A stretch of 64,000 bases of DNA from Eledone cirrhosa (Eukaryota). The stretch lies in NCBI GenBank assembly GCA_964016885.1, contig OZ024740.1:106640001-106704000 (forward strand), in the 5' to 3' direction. Shown in pieces: positions 18,001-36,000 of the stretch; position 1 is the stretch's first letter, and every line of letters starts with the position of its first letter. The translations under genes were made by a program, and so were the position numbers. A model generated the notes under the pieces. The model did no database searches. It saw only the letters and a program-made list of their open reading frames with translations, and was not told the origin of the DNA.

Positions 18001-21000
18001 TACCTATATCACATCCTCCATATATTACCTATATCACACCTCCATATATTACCTATATCACATCCCCCATATATTACTTATATCACACCTCCATATATTA
18101 CCTATATCACACCTCCATATATTACCTATATCACACCTCCATATATTACCTATATCATACCTCCATGTATTCCCTATATCACACCTCCATATATTACCTA
18201 TATCACATCTCCATATATTACCTATATCACACCTCCATATATAACCTATATCACACCTCCATATATTATCTATATCACACCTCCATAATATTACCTATAT
18301 CACATCTCCATATATTACCTATATCACACATCCATATATTACCTATATCACACCTCCATATATTATCTATATCACACCTCCATATATTACCTATATCACA
18401 TCTCCATATATTACCTATATCACACCTCCATATATTACCTATATCATACCTCCATATATTACCCTATATCACACCTCTATGTATTACCTATATCACCCCT
18501 CCATATATTACCTATATCATACCTCCATGTATTACCTATATCATACCTCCATATATTGCCTATATCACATCTCCATATATTACCTATATCACACCTCCAT
18601 ATATTACCTATATCACACCTCCATATATTATCTATATCACACCTCCATATATTACCTATATCACATCTCCATATATTACCTATATCACACCTCCATATAT
18701 TACCTATATCACACCTCCATATATTATCTATATCACACCTCCATATATTACCTATATCACATCTCCATATATTACCTATATCACACCTCCATATATTACC
18801 TATATCATACCTCCATATATTACCTATATCACACCTCCATATATTACCTATATCACACCTCCATATATTACCTATATCACACCTCCATATATTACCTATA
18901 TCATACCTCCATGTATTACCTATATCACACCTCCATATATTGCCTATATCACATCTCCATATATTACCTATATCACACCTCCATATATTACCTATATCAT
19001 ACCTCCATGTATTACCTATATCACACCTCCATATATTGCCTATATCACATCTCCATATATTACCTATATCACACCTCCATATATTACCTATATCACACCT
19101 CCATATATTATCTATATCACACCTCCATATATTACCTATATCACATCTCCATATATTGCCTATATCACACCTCCATATATTACCTATATCACACCTCCAT
19201 ATATTATCTATATCACACCTCCATATATTACCTATATCACATCTCCATATATTACCTATATCACACCTCCATATATTACCTATCATCATACCTCCATATA
19301 TTACCTATATCATACCTCCATATATTACCTATATCACACCTCCATATATTACCTATATCACACCTCCATATGTTACCTATATCATACCTCCATATATTAC
19401 CTATATCACACCTTCATATATTACCTATATCACACCTCCATACATTACCTATATCACATCTCCATATATTACCTATATCACACCTCCATATATTACCTAT
19501 ATCTCACCTCCATATATTTATCTATATCACACCTCCATATATTACCTATATCACATCTCCATATATTACCTATATCACACCTCCATATATTACCTATATC
19601 ACACCTCCATATATTATCTATATCACACCTCCATATATTATCTATATCACATCTCTATATATTACCTATATCACACCTCCATATATTACCTATATCACAC
19701 CTCCATATATTACCTATATCATACCTCCATATAATACCTGTATCATACCTCCATATATTACCTATATCACACCTCCATATATTACCTATATCACACCTCC
19801 ATATATTACCTATATCATACCTCGATATATTACCTATATCACACCTTCATATATTACCTATATCACACCTCCATATATTACCTATATCACATCTCCAAAT
19901 ATTACCTATATCACACCTCCATACATTACCTATATCACATCTCCATATATTACCTATATCACACCTCCATATATTACCTATATCTCACCTCCATATATTA
20001 TCTATATCACACCTCCTTATATTACCTATATCACATCTCCATATATTACCTATATCACACCTCCATATATAACCTATATCACACACCTCCATATATTATC
20101 TATATCACACCTCCATATATTATCTATATCACATCTCTATATATTACCTATATCACACCTCCATATATTACCTATATCACACCTCCATATATTACCTATA
20201 TCACACCTCCATATATTACCTATATCACATCTCCATATATTACCTATATCACACCTCCATATATTACCTATATCACACCTCCATATATTATCTATATCAC
20301 ACCTCCATATATTACCTATATCACACCTGCATATATTACCTATATCACATCTCCATATATTACCTATATCATACCTCCATATATTACCTATATCACATCT
20401 CCATATATTACCTATATCTCACCTCCATATATTACCTATATCACACCTCCATATATTATCTATATCACACCTCCATATATTACCTATATCACATCTCCAT
20501 ATATTACTTATATCACACCTCCATATATTACCTATATCACACCTCCATATATATCCTATATAATACCTCCATGTATTACCTATATCACACCTCCATATAT
20601 TACCTATATCACATCTCCATATATTACCTATATCACATCTCCATATATTACCTATATCATACCTCCATATATTACCTATATCACATCTCCATATATTACC
20701 TATATCACATCTCCATATATATCATATATCACACCTCCATATATTATCTATATCACAACTCCATATATTACCTATATCACACCTCCATATATTTACCTAT
20801 ATCACATCTCCTTATATTACCTATATCATACCTCCATATATTAATTATATCACACTTCCATATATTACCTATATCACATCTCCATATATACCTATATCAC
20901 ACCTCCATATATTACCTATATCACACCTCCATATATTACCTATATCATACCTCCATATATTTCCTATATCACACCTCCATATATTACCTATATCACATCG

Positions 21001-24000
21001 CCATATATTATCTATATCACACCTCCATATATTACCTATATCACATCTCCATATATTACCTATATCACATCTCCATATATTACCTATATCACACCTCCAT
21101 ATATTAGCTATATCACATCCCCATATATTACTTATATCACACCTCCATATATTACCTATATCACACCCTCCATATATTACCTATATCACACCTCCATATA
21201 TTACCTATATCACACCTCCATATATTACCTATCTCACATTTCCATATATTACCTATATCATACCTCCATATATTACCTATATCACATCTCCATATATTAC
21301 CTATATCACACCTCCATATATTACCTATATCACACCTCCATATATTACCTATATCATACCTCCATGTATTCCCTATATCACACCTCCATATATTACCTAT
21401 ATCACATCTCCATATATTACCTATATCACACCTCCATATATTACCTATATCACACCTCCATATATTATCTATATCACACCTCCATATATTACCTATATCA
21501 CATCTCCATATATTACCTATATCACACATCCATATATTACCTATATCACACCTCCATATATTATCTATATCACACCTCCATATATTACCTATTATCACAT
21601 CTCCATATATTACCTATATCACACCTCCATATATTACCTATATCATACCTCCATATATTACCTATATCACACCTCCATGTATTACCTATATCACACCTCC
21701 ATATATTACCTATATCATACCTCCATGTATTACCTATATCATACCTCCATATATTGCCTATATCACATCTCCATATATTACCTATATCACACCTCCATAT
21801 ATTACCTATATCACACCTCCATATATTATCTATATCACACCTCCATATATTACCTATATCACATCTCCATATATTACCTATATCACACCTCCATATATTA
21901 CCTATATCACACCTCCATATATTATCTATATCACTACCTCCATATATTACCTATATCACATCTCCATATATTACCTATATCACACCTCCATATATTTACC
22001 TATATCATACCTCCATATATTACCTATATCACACCTCCATATATTACCTATATCACACCTCCATATATTACCTATATCACACCTCCATATAATACCTATA
22101 TCATACCTCCATGTATTACCTATATCACACCTCCATATATTGCCTATATCACATCTCTCATATATTACCTATATCACACCTCCATATATTACCTACATCA
22201 CACCTCCATATATTATCTATATCACACCTCCATATATTACCTATATCACATCTCCATATATTGCCTATATCACACCTCCATATATTACCTATATCACACC
22301 TCCATATATTATCTATATCACACCTCCATATATTACCTATATCACATCTCCATATATTACCTATATCACACCTCCATATATTACCTATATCATACCTCCA
22401 TATATTACCTATATCACACACCTCCATATTTTACCTATATCACACCTCCATATTGTTACCTATATCATACCTCCATATATTACCTATATCACACCTTCAT
22501 ATATTACCTATATCACACCTCCATATATTACCTATATCACATCTCCATATATTACCCTATAATCACACCTCCATACATTACCTATATCACATCTCCATAT
22601 ATTACCTATATCACACCCTCCATATATTACCTATATCTCACCTCCATATATTTTCTATATCACACCTCCATATATTACCTATATCACATCTCCATATATT
22701 ACCTATATCACACCTCCATATATTACCTATATCACACCTCCATATATTATCTATATCACACCTCCATATATTATCTATATCACATCTCTATATATTACCT
22801 ATATCACACCCTCCATATATTACCTATATCACACCTCCATATATTACCTATATCACACCTCCATATATTACCTATATCACATCTCCATATATTACCTATA
22901 TCACACCTCCATATATTACCTATAATCACACCTCCATATATTATGTATATCACACCTCCATATATTACCTATATCACATCTCCATATATTACCTATATCT
23001 CACCTCCATATATTACCTATATCACACCTCCATATATTATCTATATCACACCTCCATATATTACCTATCCATATATTACCTATATCACACCTCCATATTT
23101 ATCCTATATCATACCTCCATGTATTACCTATATCACACCTCCATATCTTACCTATATCACATCTCCATATATTACCTATATCACACCTCCATATATTATC
23201 TATATCACAACTCCATATATTACCTATATCATACCTCCATGTATTACCTATATCACACCTCCATATATTACCTATATCACACCTCCATATATTACCTATA
23301 TCACACCTCCATATATTACCTATATCACACCTACATATATTACCTATATCACATCTCCATATATTACCTATATCACATCTCCATATATTACCTATATCAC
23401 ATCTCCATATATGACCTATATCACACCTCCATATATTACCTATATCACATCTCCATATATTACCTATATCACATCTCCATATATTACCTATATCATACCT
23501 CCATATATTACCTATATCACATCTCCATATATTACCTATATCAAATCTCCATATATTACCTATATCACATCTCCATATATTACCTATATCACACCTCCAT
23601 ATATTACCTATATCACACCTCCATATATTACCTATATCACATCTCCATATATTACCTATATCACATCTCCATATATTACCTATATCACACCTCCATATAT
23701 TACCTATATCACACCTCCATATATTACCTATATCACATCTCCATATATATCATATATCACACCTCCATATATTATCTATATCACAACTCCATATATTACC
23801 TATATCACACCTCCATATATTACCTATATCACACCTCCATATATTACCTATATCACATCTCCATATATTACCTATATCACATCTCCATATATTACCTATA
23901 TCATACCTCCATATATTACCTATATCACATCTCCATATAATACCTATATCACAACTCCATATATTACCTATATCACATCTCCATATATTACCTATATCAC

Positions 24001-27000
24001 ACCTCCATATATTACCTATATCACACCTCCATATATTACCTATATCACATCTCCATATATTACCTATATCACATCTCCATATATGACCTATATCACACCT
24101 CCATATATTACCTATATCACATCTCCTTATATTACCTATATCATACCTCCATATATTACCTATATCACACCTCCATATATTACCTATATCACATCTCCAT
24201 ATATTACCTATATCACACCTCCATATATTACCTATATCACACCTCCATATATTACCTATATCACATCTCCATATATTACCTATATCACATCTCCATATAT
24301 TACCTATATCACACCTCCATATATTACCTATATCACACCTCCATATATTACCTATATCACATCTCCATATATATCATATATCACACCTCCATATATTATC
24401 TATATCACAACTCCATATATTACCTATATCATACCTCCATGTATTACATATAAAAAACCTCCATATATTACCTATATCACATCTCCATATATTACCTATA
24501 TCACACCTCCATATATTACCTATATCACACCTCCATATATTATCTATATCACATCTCCATATATTACCTGTATCACATCTCCATATATTACTTATATCAC
24601 ACCTCCATATATTACCTATATCACATCTCCATATATTACCTATATCACATCTCCATATATGACCTATATCACACCTCCATATATTACCTATATCACATCT
24701 CCATATTTTACCTATATCACATCTCCATATATGACCTATATCACACCTCCATATATTACCTATATCACATCTCCTTATATTACCTATATCATACCTCCAT
24801 ATATTACCTATATCACACCTCCATATATTACCTATATCACATCTCCATATATTACCTATATCACACCTCCATATATTACCTATATCACACCTCCATATAT
24901 TACCTATATCATACCTCCATATATTTCCTATATCACACCTCCATATATTACCTATATCACATCGCCATATATTATCTATATCACACCTCCATATATTACC
25001 TATATCACATCTCCATATATTACCTATATCACATCTCCATATATTACCTATATCACACCTCCATATATTACCTATATCACATCTCCATATATTACCTATA
25101 TCACATCTCCATATATGACCTATATCACACCTCCATATATTACCTATATCACATCTCCATATATTACCTATATCACATCTCCATATATGACCTATATCAC
25201 ACCTCCATATATTACCTATATCACATCTCCTTATATTACCTATATCATACCTCCATATATTACCTATATCACACCTCCATATATTACCTATATCACATCT
25301 CCATATATTACCTATATCACACCTCCATATATTACCTATATCACACCTCCATATATTACCTATATCATACCTCCATATATTTCCTATATCACACCTCCAT
25401 ATATTACCTATATCACATGGCCATATATTATCTATATCACACCTCCATATATTACCTATATCACATCTCCATATATTACCTATATCACATCTCCATATAT
25501 TACCTATATCACACCTCCATATATTACCTATATCACATCCCCATATATTACTTATATCACACCTCCATATATTACCTATATCACATCTCCATATATTACC
25601 AATATCACACCTCCATATATTACCTATATCATACCTCCATATATTACCTATATCACACCTCCATATATTACCTATATCACACCTCCATATATTACCTATA
25701 TCACACCTCCATATATTACCTATATCATACCTCCATGTATTCCCTATATCACACCTCCATATATTACCTATATCACATCTCCATATATTACCTATATCAC
25801 ATCTCCATATATATCATATATCACACCTCCATATATTATCTATATCACAACTCCATATATTACCTATATCACATCTCCATATATTACTTATATCACACCT
25901 CCATATATTACCTATATCACACCTCCATATATTATCTATATCACACCTCCATATATTACCTATATCACATCACCATATATTACCTATATCACACCTCCAT
26001 ATATTATCTATATCACAACTCCATATATTACCTATATCATACCTCCATGTATTACCTATATCACACCTCCATATATTACCTATATCACATCTCCATATAT
26101 TACCTATATCACACCTCCATATATTATCTATATCACAACTCCATATATTACCTATATCATACCTCCATGTATTACCTATATCACACCTCCATATATTACC
26201 TATATCACATCTCCATATATTACCTATATCACACCTCCATATATTACCTATATCACACCTCCATATATTACCTATATCACATCTCCATATATTACCTATA
26301 TCACATCTCCATATATTACCTATATCACATCTCCATATATGACCTATATCACACCTCCACATATTACCTATATCATATCTCCATATATTACCTATATCAC
26401 ATCTCCATATATTACATATATCATACCTCCATATATTACCTATATCACACCTCCATATATTACCTATATAACATCTCCATATATTACGTATATCACATCT
26501 CCATATATTACCTATATCACACCTCCATATATTACCTATATCACAACTCCATATATTATCTATATCACACCTCCATATATTACCTATATAACACCTCCAT
26601 ATATTACCTATATCACATCTCCATATATTACCTATATCACATCTCCATATATTACCTATATCACACCTCCATATATTACCTATATCACACCTCCATATAT
26701 TACCTATATCACATCTCCATATATATCATATATCACACCTCCATATATTATCTATATCACAACTCCATATATTACCTATATCATACCTCCATGTATTACC
26801 TATAAAACACCTCCATATATTACCTATATCACATCTCCATATATTACCTATATCACACCTCCATATATTACCTATATCACACCTCCATATATTATCTATA
26901 TCACATCTCCATATATTACCTGTATCACATCTCCATATATTACCTATATCACACCTCCATATATTACCTATATCACATCTCCATATATTACCTATATCAC

Positions 27001-30000
27001 ATCTCCATATATGACCTATATCACACCTCCATATATTACCTATATCACATCTCCATATATTACCTATATCACATCTCCATATATGACCTATATCACACCT
27101 CCATATATTACCTATATCACATCTCCTTATATTACCTATATCATACCTCCATATATTACCTATATCACACCTCCATATATTACCTATATCACATCTCCAT
27201 ATATTACCTATATCACACCTCCATATATTACCTATATCACACCTCCATATATTACCTATATCATACCTCCATATATTTCCTATATCACACCTCCATATAT
27301 TACCTATATCACATCGCCATATATTATCTATATCACACCTCCATATATTACCTATATCACATCTCCATATATTACCTATATCACATCTCCATATATTACC
27401 TATATCACACCTCCATATATTACCTATATCACATCCCCATATATTACTTATATCACACCTCCATATATTACCTATATCACATCTCCATATATTACCAATA
27501 TCACACCTCCATATATTACCTATATCATACCTCCATATATTACCTATATCACACCTCCATATATTACCTATATCACACCTCCATATATTACCTATATCAC
27601 ACCTCCATATATTACCTATATCATACCTCCATGTATTCCGTATATCACACCTCCATATATTACCTATATCACATCTCCATATATTACCTATATCACATCT
27701 CCATATATATCATATATCACACCTCCATATATTATCTATATCACAACTCCATATATTACCTATATCATACCTCCATGTATTACCTATAAAACACCTCCAT
27801 ATATTACCTATATCACATCTCCATATATTACCTATATCACATCGCCATATATTATCTATATCCCACCTCCATATATTACCTATATCATACCTCCATATAT
27901 TTCCTATATCACACCTCCATATATTACCTATATCACATCGCCATATATTATCTATATCACACCTCCATATATTACCTATATCACATCTCCATATATTACC
28001 TATATCACATCTCCATATATTACCTATATCACACCTCCATATATTACCTATATCACATCCCCATATATTACTTATATCACACCTCCATATATTACCTATA
28101 TCACATCTCCATATATTACCAATATCACACCTCCATATATTACCTATATCATACCTCCATATATTACCTATATCACACCTCCATATATTACCTATATCAC
28201 ACCTCCATATATTACCTATATCACACCTCCATATATTACCTATATCATACCTCCATGTATTCCCTATATCACACCTCCATATATTACCTATATCACACCT
28301 CCATATATTACCTATATCACATCTCCATATATATCATATATCACACCTCCATATATTATCTATATCACAACTCCATATATTACCTATATCATACCTCCAT
28401 GTATTACCTGTAAAACACCTCCATATATTACCTATATCACATCTCCATATATTACCTATATCACACCTCCATATATTACCTATATCACACCTCCATATAT
28501 TATCTATATCACATCTCCATATATTACCTGTATCACATCTCCATATATTACTTATATCACACCTCCATATATTACCTATATCACATCTCCATATATTACC
28601 TATATCACATCTCCATATATGACCTATATCACACCTCCATATATTACCTATATCACATCTCCATATATTACCTATATCACATCTCCATATATGACCTATA
28701 TCACAGCTCCATATATTACCTATATCACATCTCCTTATATTACCTATATCATACCTCCATATATTACCTATATCACACCTCCATATATTACCTATATCAC
28801 ATCTCCATATATTACCTATATCACACCTCCATATATTACCTATATCACACCTCCATATATTACCTATATCATACCTCCATATATTTCCTATATCACAGCT
28901 CCATATATTACCTATATCACATCGCCATATATTATCTATATCACACCTTCATATATTACCTATATCACATCTCCATATATTACCTATATCACATCTCCAT
29001 ATATTACCTATATCACACCTCCATATATTACCTATATCACATCCCCATATATTACTTATATCACACCTCCATATATTACCTATATCACATCTCCATATAT
29101 TACCAATATCACACCTCCATATATTACCTATATCATACCTCCATATATTACCTATATCACACCTCCATATATTACCTATATCACACCTCCATATATTACC
29201 TATATCACACCTCCATATATTACCTATATCATACCTCCATGTATTCCCTATATCACACCTCCATATATTACCTATATCACATCTCCATATATTACCTATA
29301 TCACACCTCCATATATTACCTATATCACACCTCCATATATTATCTATATCACACCTCCATATATTACCTATATCATATCTCCATATATTACCTATATCAC
29401 ACCTCCATATATTACATATATCACACCTCCATATATTACCTATATCACACCTCCATATATTACCTATATCACATCTCCATATATTACCTATATCACACCT
29501 CCATATATTACCTATATCACATCTCCATATATTACCTATATCACATCTCCATATATTACCTATATCATACCTCCATATATTACCTATATCACATCTCCAT
29601 ATATTACCTATATCACATCTCCATATATTACCTATATCACATCTCCATATATTACCTATATCACACCTCCATATATTACCTATATCACACCTCCATATAT
29701 TATCTATATCACACCTCCATATATTACCTATATCACATTTCCATATATTACCTATATCACACCTCCATATATTACCTATATCATACCTCCATATATTACC
29801 TATATCACACCTCCATATATTACCTATATCACACCTCCATATATTACCTATATCACACCTCCATATATTACCTATACCATACCTCCATGTATTACCTATA
29901 TCACACCTCCATATACTACCTATATCACATCTCCATATATTACCTATATCACACCTCCATATATTACCTATATCACACCTCCATATATTATCTATATCAC

Positions 30001-33000
30001 ACCTCCATATATTACCTATATCACATCTCCATATATTGCCTATATCACACCTCCATATATTACCTATATCACACCTCCATATATTATCTATATCACACCT
30101 CCATATATTACCTATATCACATCTCCATATATTACCTATATCACACCTCCATATATTACCTATATCATACCTCCATATAATACCTGTATCATACCTCCAT
30201 ATATTACCTATATCACACCTCCATATATTACCAATATCACACCTCCATATATTACCTATATCATACCTCGATATATTACCTATATCACACCTTCATATAT
30301 TACCTATATCACACCTCCATATATTACCTATATCACATCTCCATATATTACCTATATCACACCTCCATACATTACCTATATCACATCTCCATATATTACC
30401 TATATCACACCTCCATATATTACCTATATCTCACCTCCATATATTATCTATATCACACCTCCATATATTACCTATATCACATCTCCATATATTACCTATA
30501 TTACACCTCCATATATTACCTATATCACACCTCCATATATTATCTATATCACACCTCCATATATTATCTATATCACATCTCTATATATTACCTATATCAC
30601 ACCTCCATATATTACCTATATCACACCTCCATATATTACCTATATCACACCTCCATATATTACCTATATCACATCTCCATATATTACCTATATCACACCT
30701 CCATATATTACCTATATCACACCTCCATATATTATCTATATCACACCTCCATATATTACCTATATCACATCTCCATATATTACCTATATCTCACCTCCAT
30801 ATATTACCTACATCACACCTCCATATATTATCTATATCACACCTCCATATATTACCTATATCACATCTCCATATATTACTTATATCACACCTCCATATAT
30901 TACCTATATCACACCTCCATATATATCCTATATAATACCTCCATGTATTACCTATATCACACCTCCATATATTACCTATATCACATCTCCATATATTACC
31001 TATATCATACCTCCATATATTATCTATATCACAACTCCATATATTACCTATATCATACCTCCATGTATTACCTATATCACACCTCCATATATTACCTATA
31101 TCACATCTCCATATATTACCTATATCACACCTCCATATATTACCTATATCACACCTCCATATATTACCTATATCACATCTCCATATATTACCTATATCAC
31201 ATCTCCATATATTACCTATATCACATCTCCATATATGACCTATATCACACCTCCATATATTACCTACATCACATCTCCATATATTACCTATATCACATCT
31301 CCATATATTACCTATATCATACCTCCATATATTACCTATATCACATCTCCATATATTACCTATATCACATCTCCATATATTACCTATATTACATCTCCAT
31401 ATATTACCTATATCACACCTCCATATATTACCTATATCACACCTCCATATATTACCTATATTACATCTCCATATATTACCTATATCACATCTCCATATAT
31501 TACCTATATCACACCTCCATATATTACCTATATCACACCTCCATATATTACCTATATCACATCTCCATATATATCATATATCACACCTCCATATATTATC
31601 TATATCACAACTCCATATATTACCTATATCACACCTCCATATATTACCTATATCACATCTCCTTATATTACCTATATCATACCTCCATATATTACCTATA
31701 TCACACCTCCATATATTATCTATATCACATCTCCATATATTACCTATATCACACCTCCATATATTACCTATATCACACCTCCATATATTACCTATATCAT
31801 ACCTCCATATATTTCCTATATCACACCTCCATATATTACCTATATCACATCGCCATATATTATCTATATCACACCTCCATATATTACCTATATCACATCT
31901 CCATATATTACCTATATCACATCTCCATATATTACCTATATCACACCTCCATATATTACCTATATCACATCCCCATATATTACTTATATCACACCTCCAT
32001 ATATTACCTATATCACACCTCCATATATTACCTATATCACACCTCCATATATTACCTATATCATACCTCCATGTATTCCCTATATCACACCTCCATATAT
32101 TACCTATATCACATCTCCATATATTACCTATATCACACCTCCATATATTACCTATATCACACCTCCATATATTATCTATATCACACCTCCATATATTACC
32201 TATATCACATCTCCATATATTACCTATATCACACCTCCATATATTACCTATATCACACCTCCATATATTATCTATATCACACCTCCATATATTACCTATA
32301 TCACATCTCCATATATTACCTATATCACACCTCCATATATTACCTATATCATACCTCCATATATTACCTATATCACACCTCCATGTATTACCTATATCAC
32401 ACCTCCATATATTACCTATATCATACCTCCATGTATTACCTATATCATACCTCCATATATTGCCTATATCACATCTCCATATATTACCTATATCACATCT
32501 CCATATATTACCTATATCACACCTCCATATATTATCTATATCACAACTCCATATATTACCTATATCATACCTCCATGTATTACCTATATCACACCTCCAT
32601 ATATTACCTATATCACATCTCCATATATTACCTATATCACACCTCCATATATTATCTATATCACAACTCCATATATTACCTATATCATACCTCCATGTAT
32701 TACCTATATCACACCTCCATATATTACCTATATCACATCTCCATATATTACCTATATCACACCTCCATATATTACCTATATCACACCTCCATATATTACC
32801 TATATCACATCTCCATATATTACCTATATCACATCTCCATATATTACCTATATCACATCTCCATATATGACCTATATCACACCTCCACATATTACCTATA
32901 TCACATCTCCATATATTACCTATATCACATCTCCATATATTACATATATCATACCTCCATATATTACCTATATCACACCTCCATATATTACCTATATAAC

Positions 33001-36000
33001 ATCTCCATATATTACGTATATCACATCTCCATATATTACCTATATCACACCTCCATATATTACCTATATCACAACTCCATATATTATCTATATCACACCT
33101 CCATATATTACCTATATAACACCTCCATATATTACCTATATCACATCTCCATATATTACCTATATCACATCTCCATATATTACCTATATCACACCTCCAT
33201 ATATTACCTATATCACACCTCCATATATTACCTATATCACATCTCCATATATATCATATATCACACCTCCATATATTATCTATATCACAACTCCATATAT
33301 TACCTATATCATACCTCCATGTATTACCTATAAAACACCTCCATATATTACCTATATCACATCTCCATATATTACCTATATCACACCTCCATATATTACC
33401 TATATCACACCTCCATATATTATCTATATCACATCTCCATATATTACCTGTATCACATCTCCATATATTACCTATATCACACCTCCATATATTACCTATA
33501 TCACATCTCCATATATTACCTATATCACATCTCCATATATGACCTATATCACACCTCCATATATTACCTATATCACATCTCCATATATTACCTATATCAC
33601 ATCTCCATATATGACCTATATCACACCTCCATATATTACCTATATCACATCTCCTTATATTACCTATATCATACCTCCATATATTACCTATATCACACCT
33701 CCATATATTACCTATATCACATCTCCATATATTACCTATATCACACCTCCATATATTACCTATATCACACCTCCATATATTACCTATATCATACCTCCAT
33801 ATATTTCCTATATCACACCTCCATATATTACCTATATCACATCGCCATATATTATCTATATCACACCTCCATATATTACCTATATCACATCTCCATATAT
33901 TACCTATATCACATCTCCATATATTACCTATATCACACCTCCATATATTACCTATATCACATCCCCATATATTACTTATATCACACCTCCATATATTACC
34001 TATATCACATCTCCATATATTACCAATATCACACCTCCATATATTACCTATATCATACCTCCATATATTACCTATATCACACCTCCATATATTACCTATA
34101 TCACACCTCCATATATTACCTATATCACACCTCCATATATTACCTATATCATACCTCCATGTATTCCGTATATCACACCTCCATATATTACCTATATCAC
34201 ATCTCCATATATTACCTATATCACATCTCCATATATATCATATATCACACCTCCATATATTATCTATATCACAACTCCATATATTACCTATATCATACCT
34301 CCATGTATTACCTATAAAACACCTCCATATATTACCTATATCACATCTCCATATATTACCTATATCACATCGCCATATATTATCTATATCCCACCTCCAT
34401 ATATTACCTATATCATACCTCCATATATTTCCTATATCACACCTCCATATATTACCTATATCACATCGCCATATATTATCTATATCACACCTCCATATAT
34501 TACCTATATCACATCTCCATATATTACCTATATCACATCTCCATATATTACCTATATCACACCTCCATATATTACCTATATCACATCCCCATATATTACT
34601 TATATCACACCTCCATATATTACCTATATCACATCTCCATATATTACCAATATCACACCTCCATATATTACCTATATCATACCTCCATATATTACCTATA
34701 TCACACCTCCATATATTACCTATATCACACCTCCATATATTACCTATATCACACCTCCATATATTACCTATATCATACCTCCATGTATTCCCTATATCAC
34801 ACCTCCATATATTACCTATATCACACCTCCATATATTACCTATATCACATCTCCATATATATCATATATCACACCTCCATATATTATCTATATCACAACT
34901 CCATATATTACCTATATCATACCTCCATGTATTACCTGTAAAACACCTCCATATATTACCTATATCACATCTCCATATATTACCTATATCACACCTCCAT
35001 ATATTACCTATATCACACCTCCATATATTATCTATATCACATCTCCATATATTACCTGTATCACATCTCCATATATTACTTATATCACACCTCCATATAT
35101 TACCTATATCACATCTCCATATATTACCTATATCACATCTCCATATATGACCTATATCACACCTCCATATATTACCTATATCACATCTCCATATATTACC
35201 TATATCACATCTCCATATATGACCTATATCACAGCTCCATATATTACCTATATCACATCTCCTTATATTACCTATATCATACCTCCATATATTACCTATA
35301 TCACACCTCCATATATTACCTATATCACATCTCCATATATTACCTATATCACACCTCCATATATTACCTATATCACACCTCCATATATTACCTATATCAT
35401 ACCTCCATATATTTCCTATATCACAGCTCCATATATTACCTATATCACATCGCCATATATTATCTATATCACACCTTCATATATTACCTATATCACATCT
35501 CCATATATTACCTATATCACATCTCCATATATTACCTATATCACACCTCCATATATTACCTATATCACATCCCCATATATTACTTATATCACACCTCCAT
35601 ATATTACCTATATCACATCTCCATATATTACCAATATCACACCTCCATATATTACCTATATCATACCTCCATATATTACCTATATCACACCTCCATATAT
35701 TACCTATATCACACCTCCATATATTACCTATATCACACCTCCATATATTACCTATATCATACCTCCATGTATTCCCTATATCACACCTCCATATATTACC
35801 TATATCACATCTCCATATATTACCTATATCACACCTCCATATATTACCTATATCACACCTCCATATATTATCTATATCACACCTCCATATATTACCTATA
35901 TCATATCTCCATATATTACCTATATCACACCTCCATATATTACATATATCACACCTCCATATATTACCTATATCACACCTCCATATATTACCTATATCAC

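Noticed and set aside
16840-23100. Programmed frameshifting or phase variation producing chimeric repeat proteins
   Set aside because: The indels are singletons in simple runs, spatially clustered and absent from the sister copy. Sequencing or consensus error is more parsimonious.
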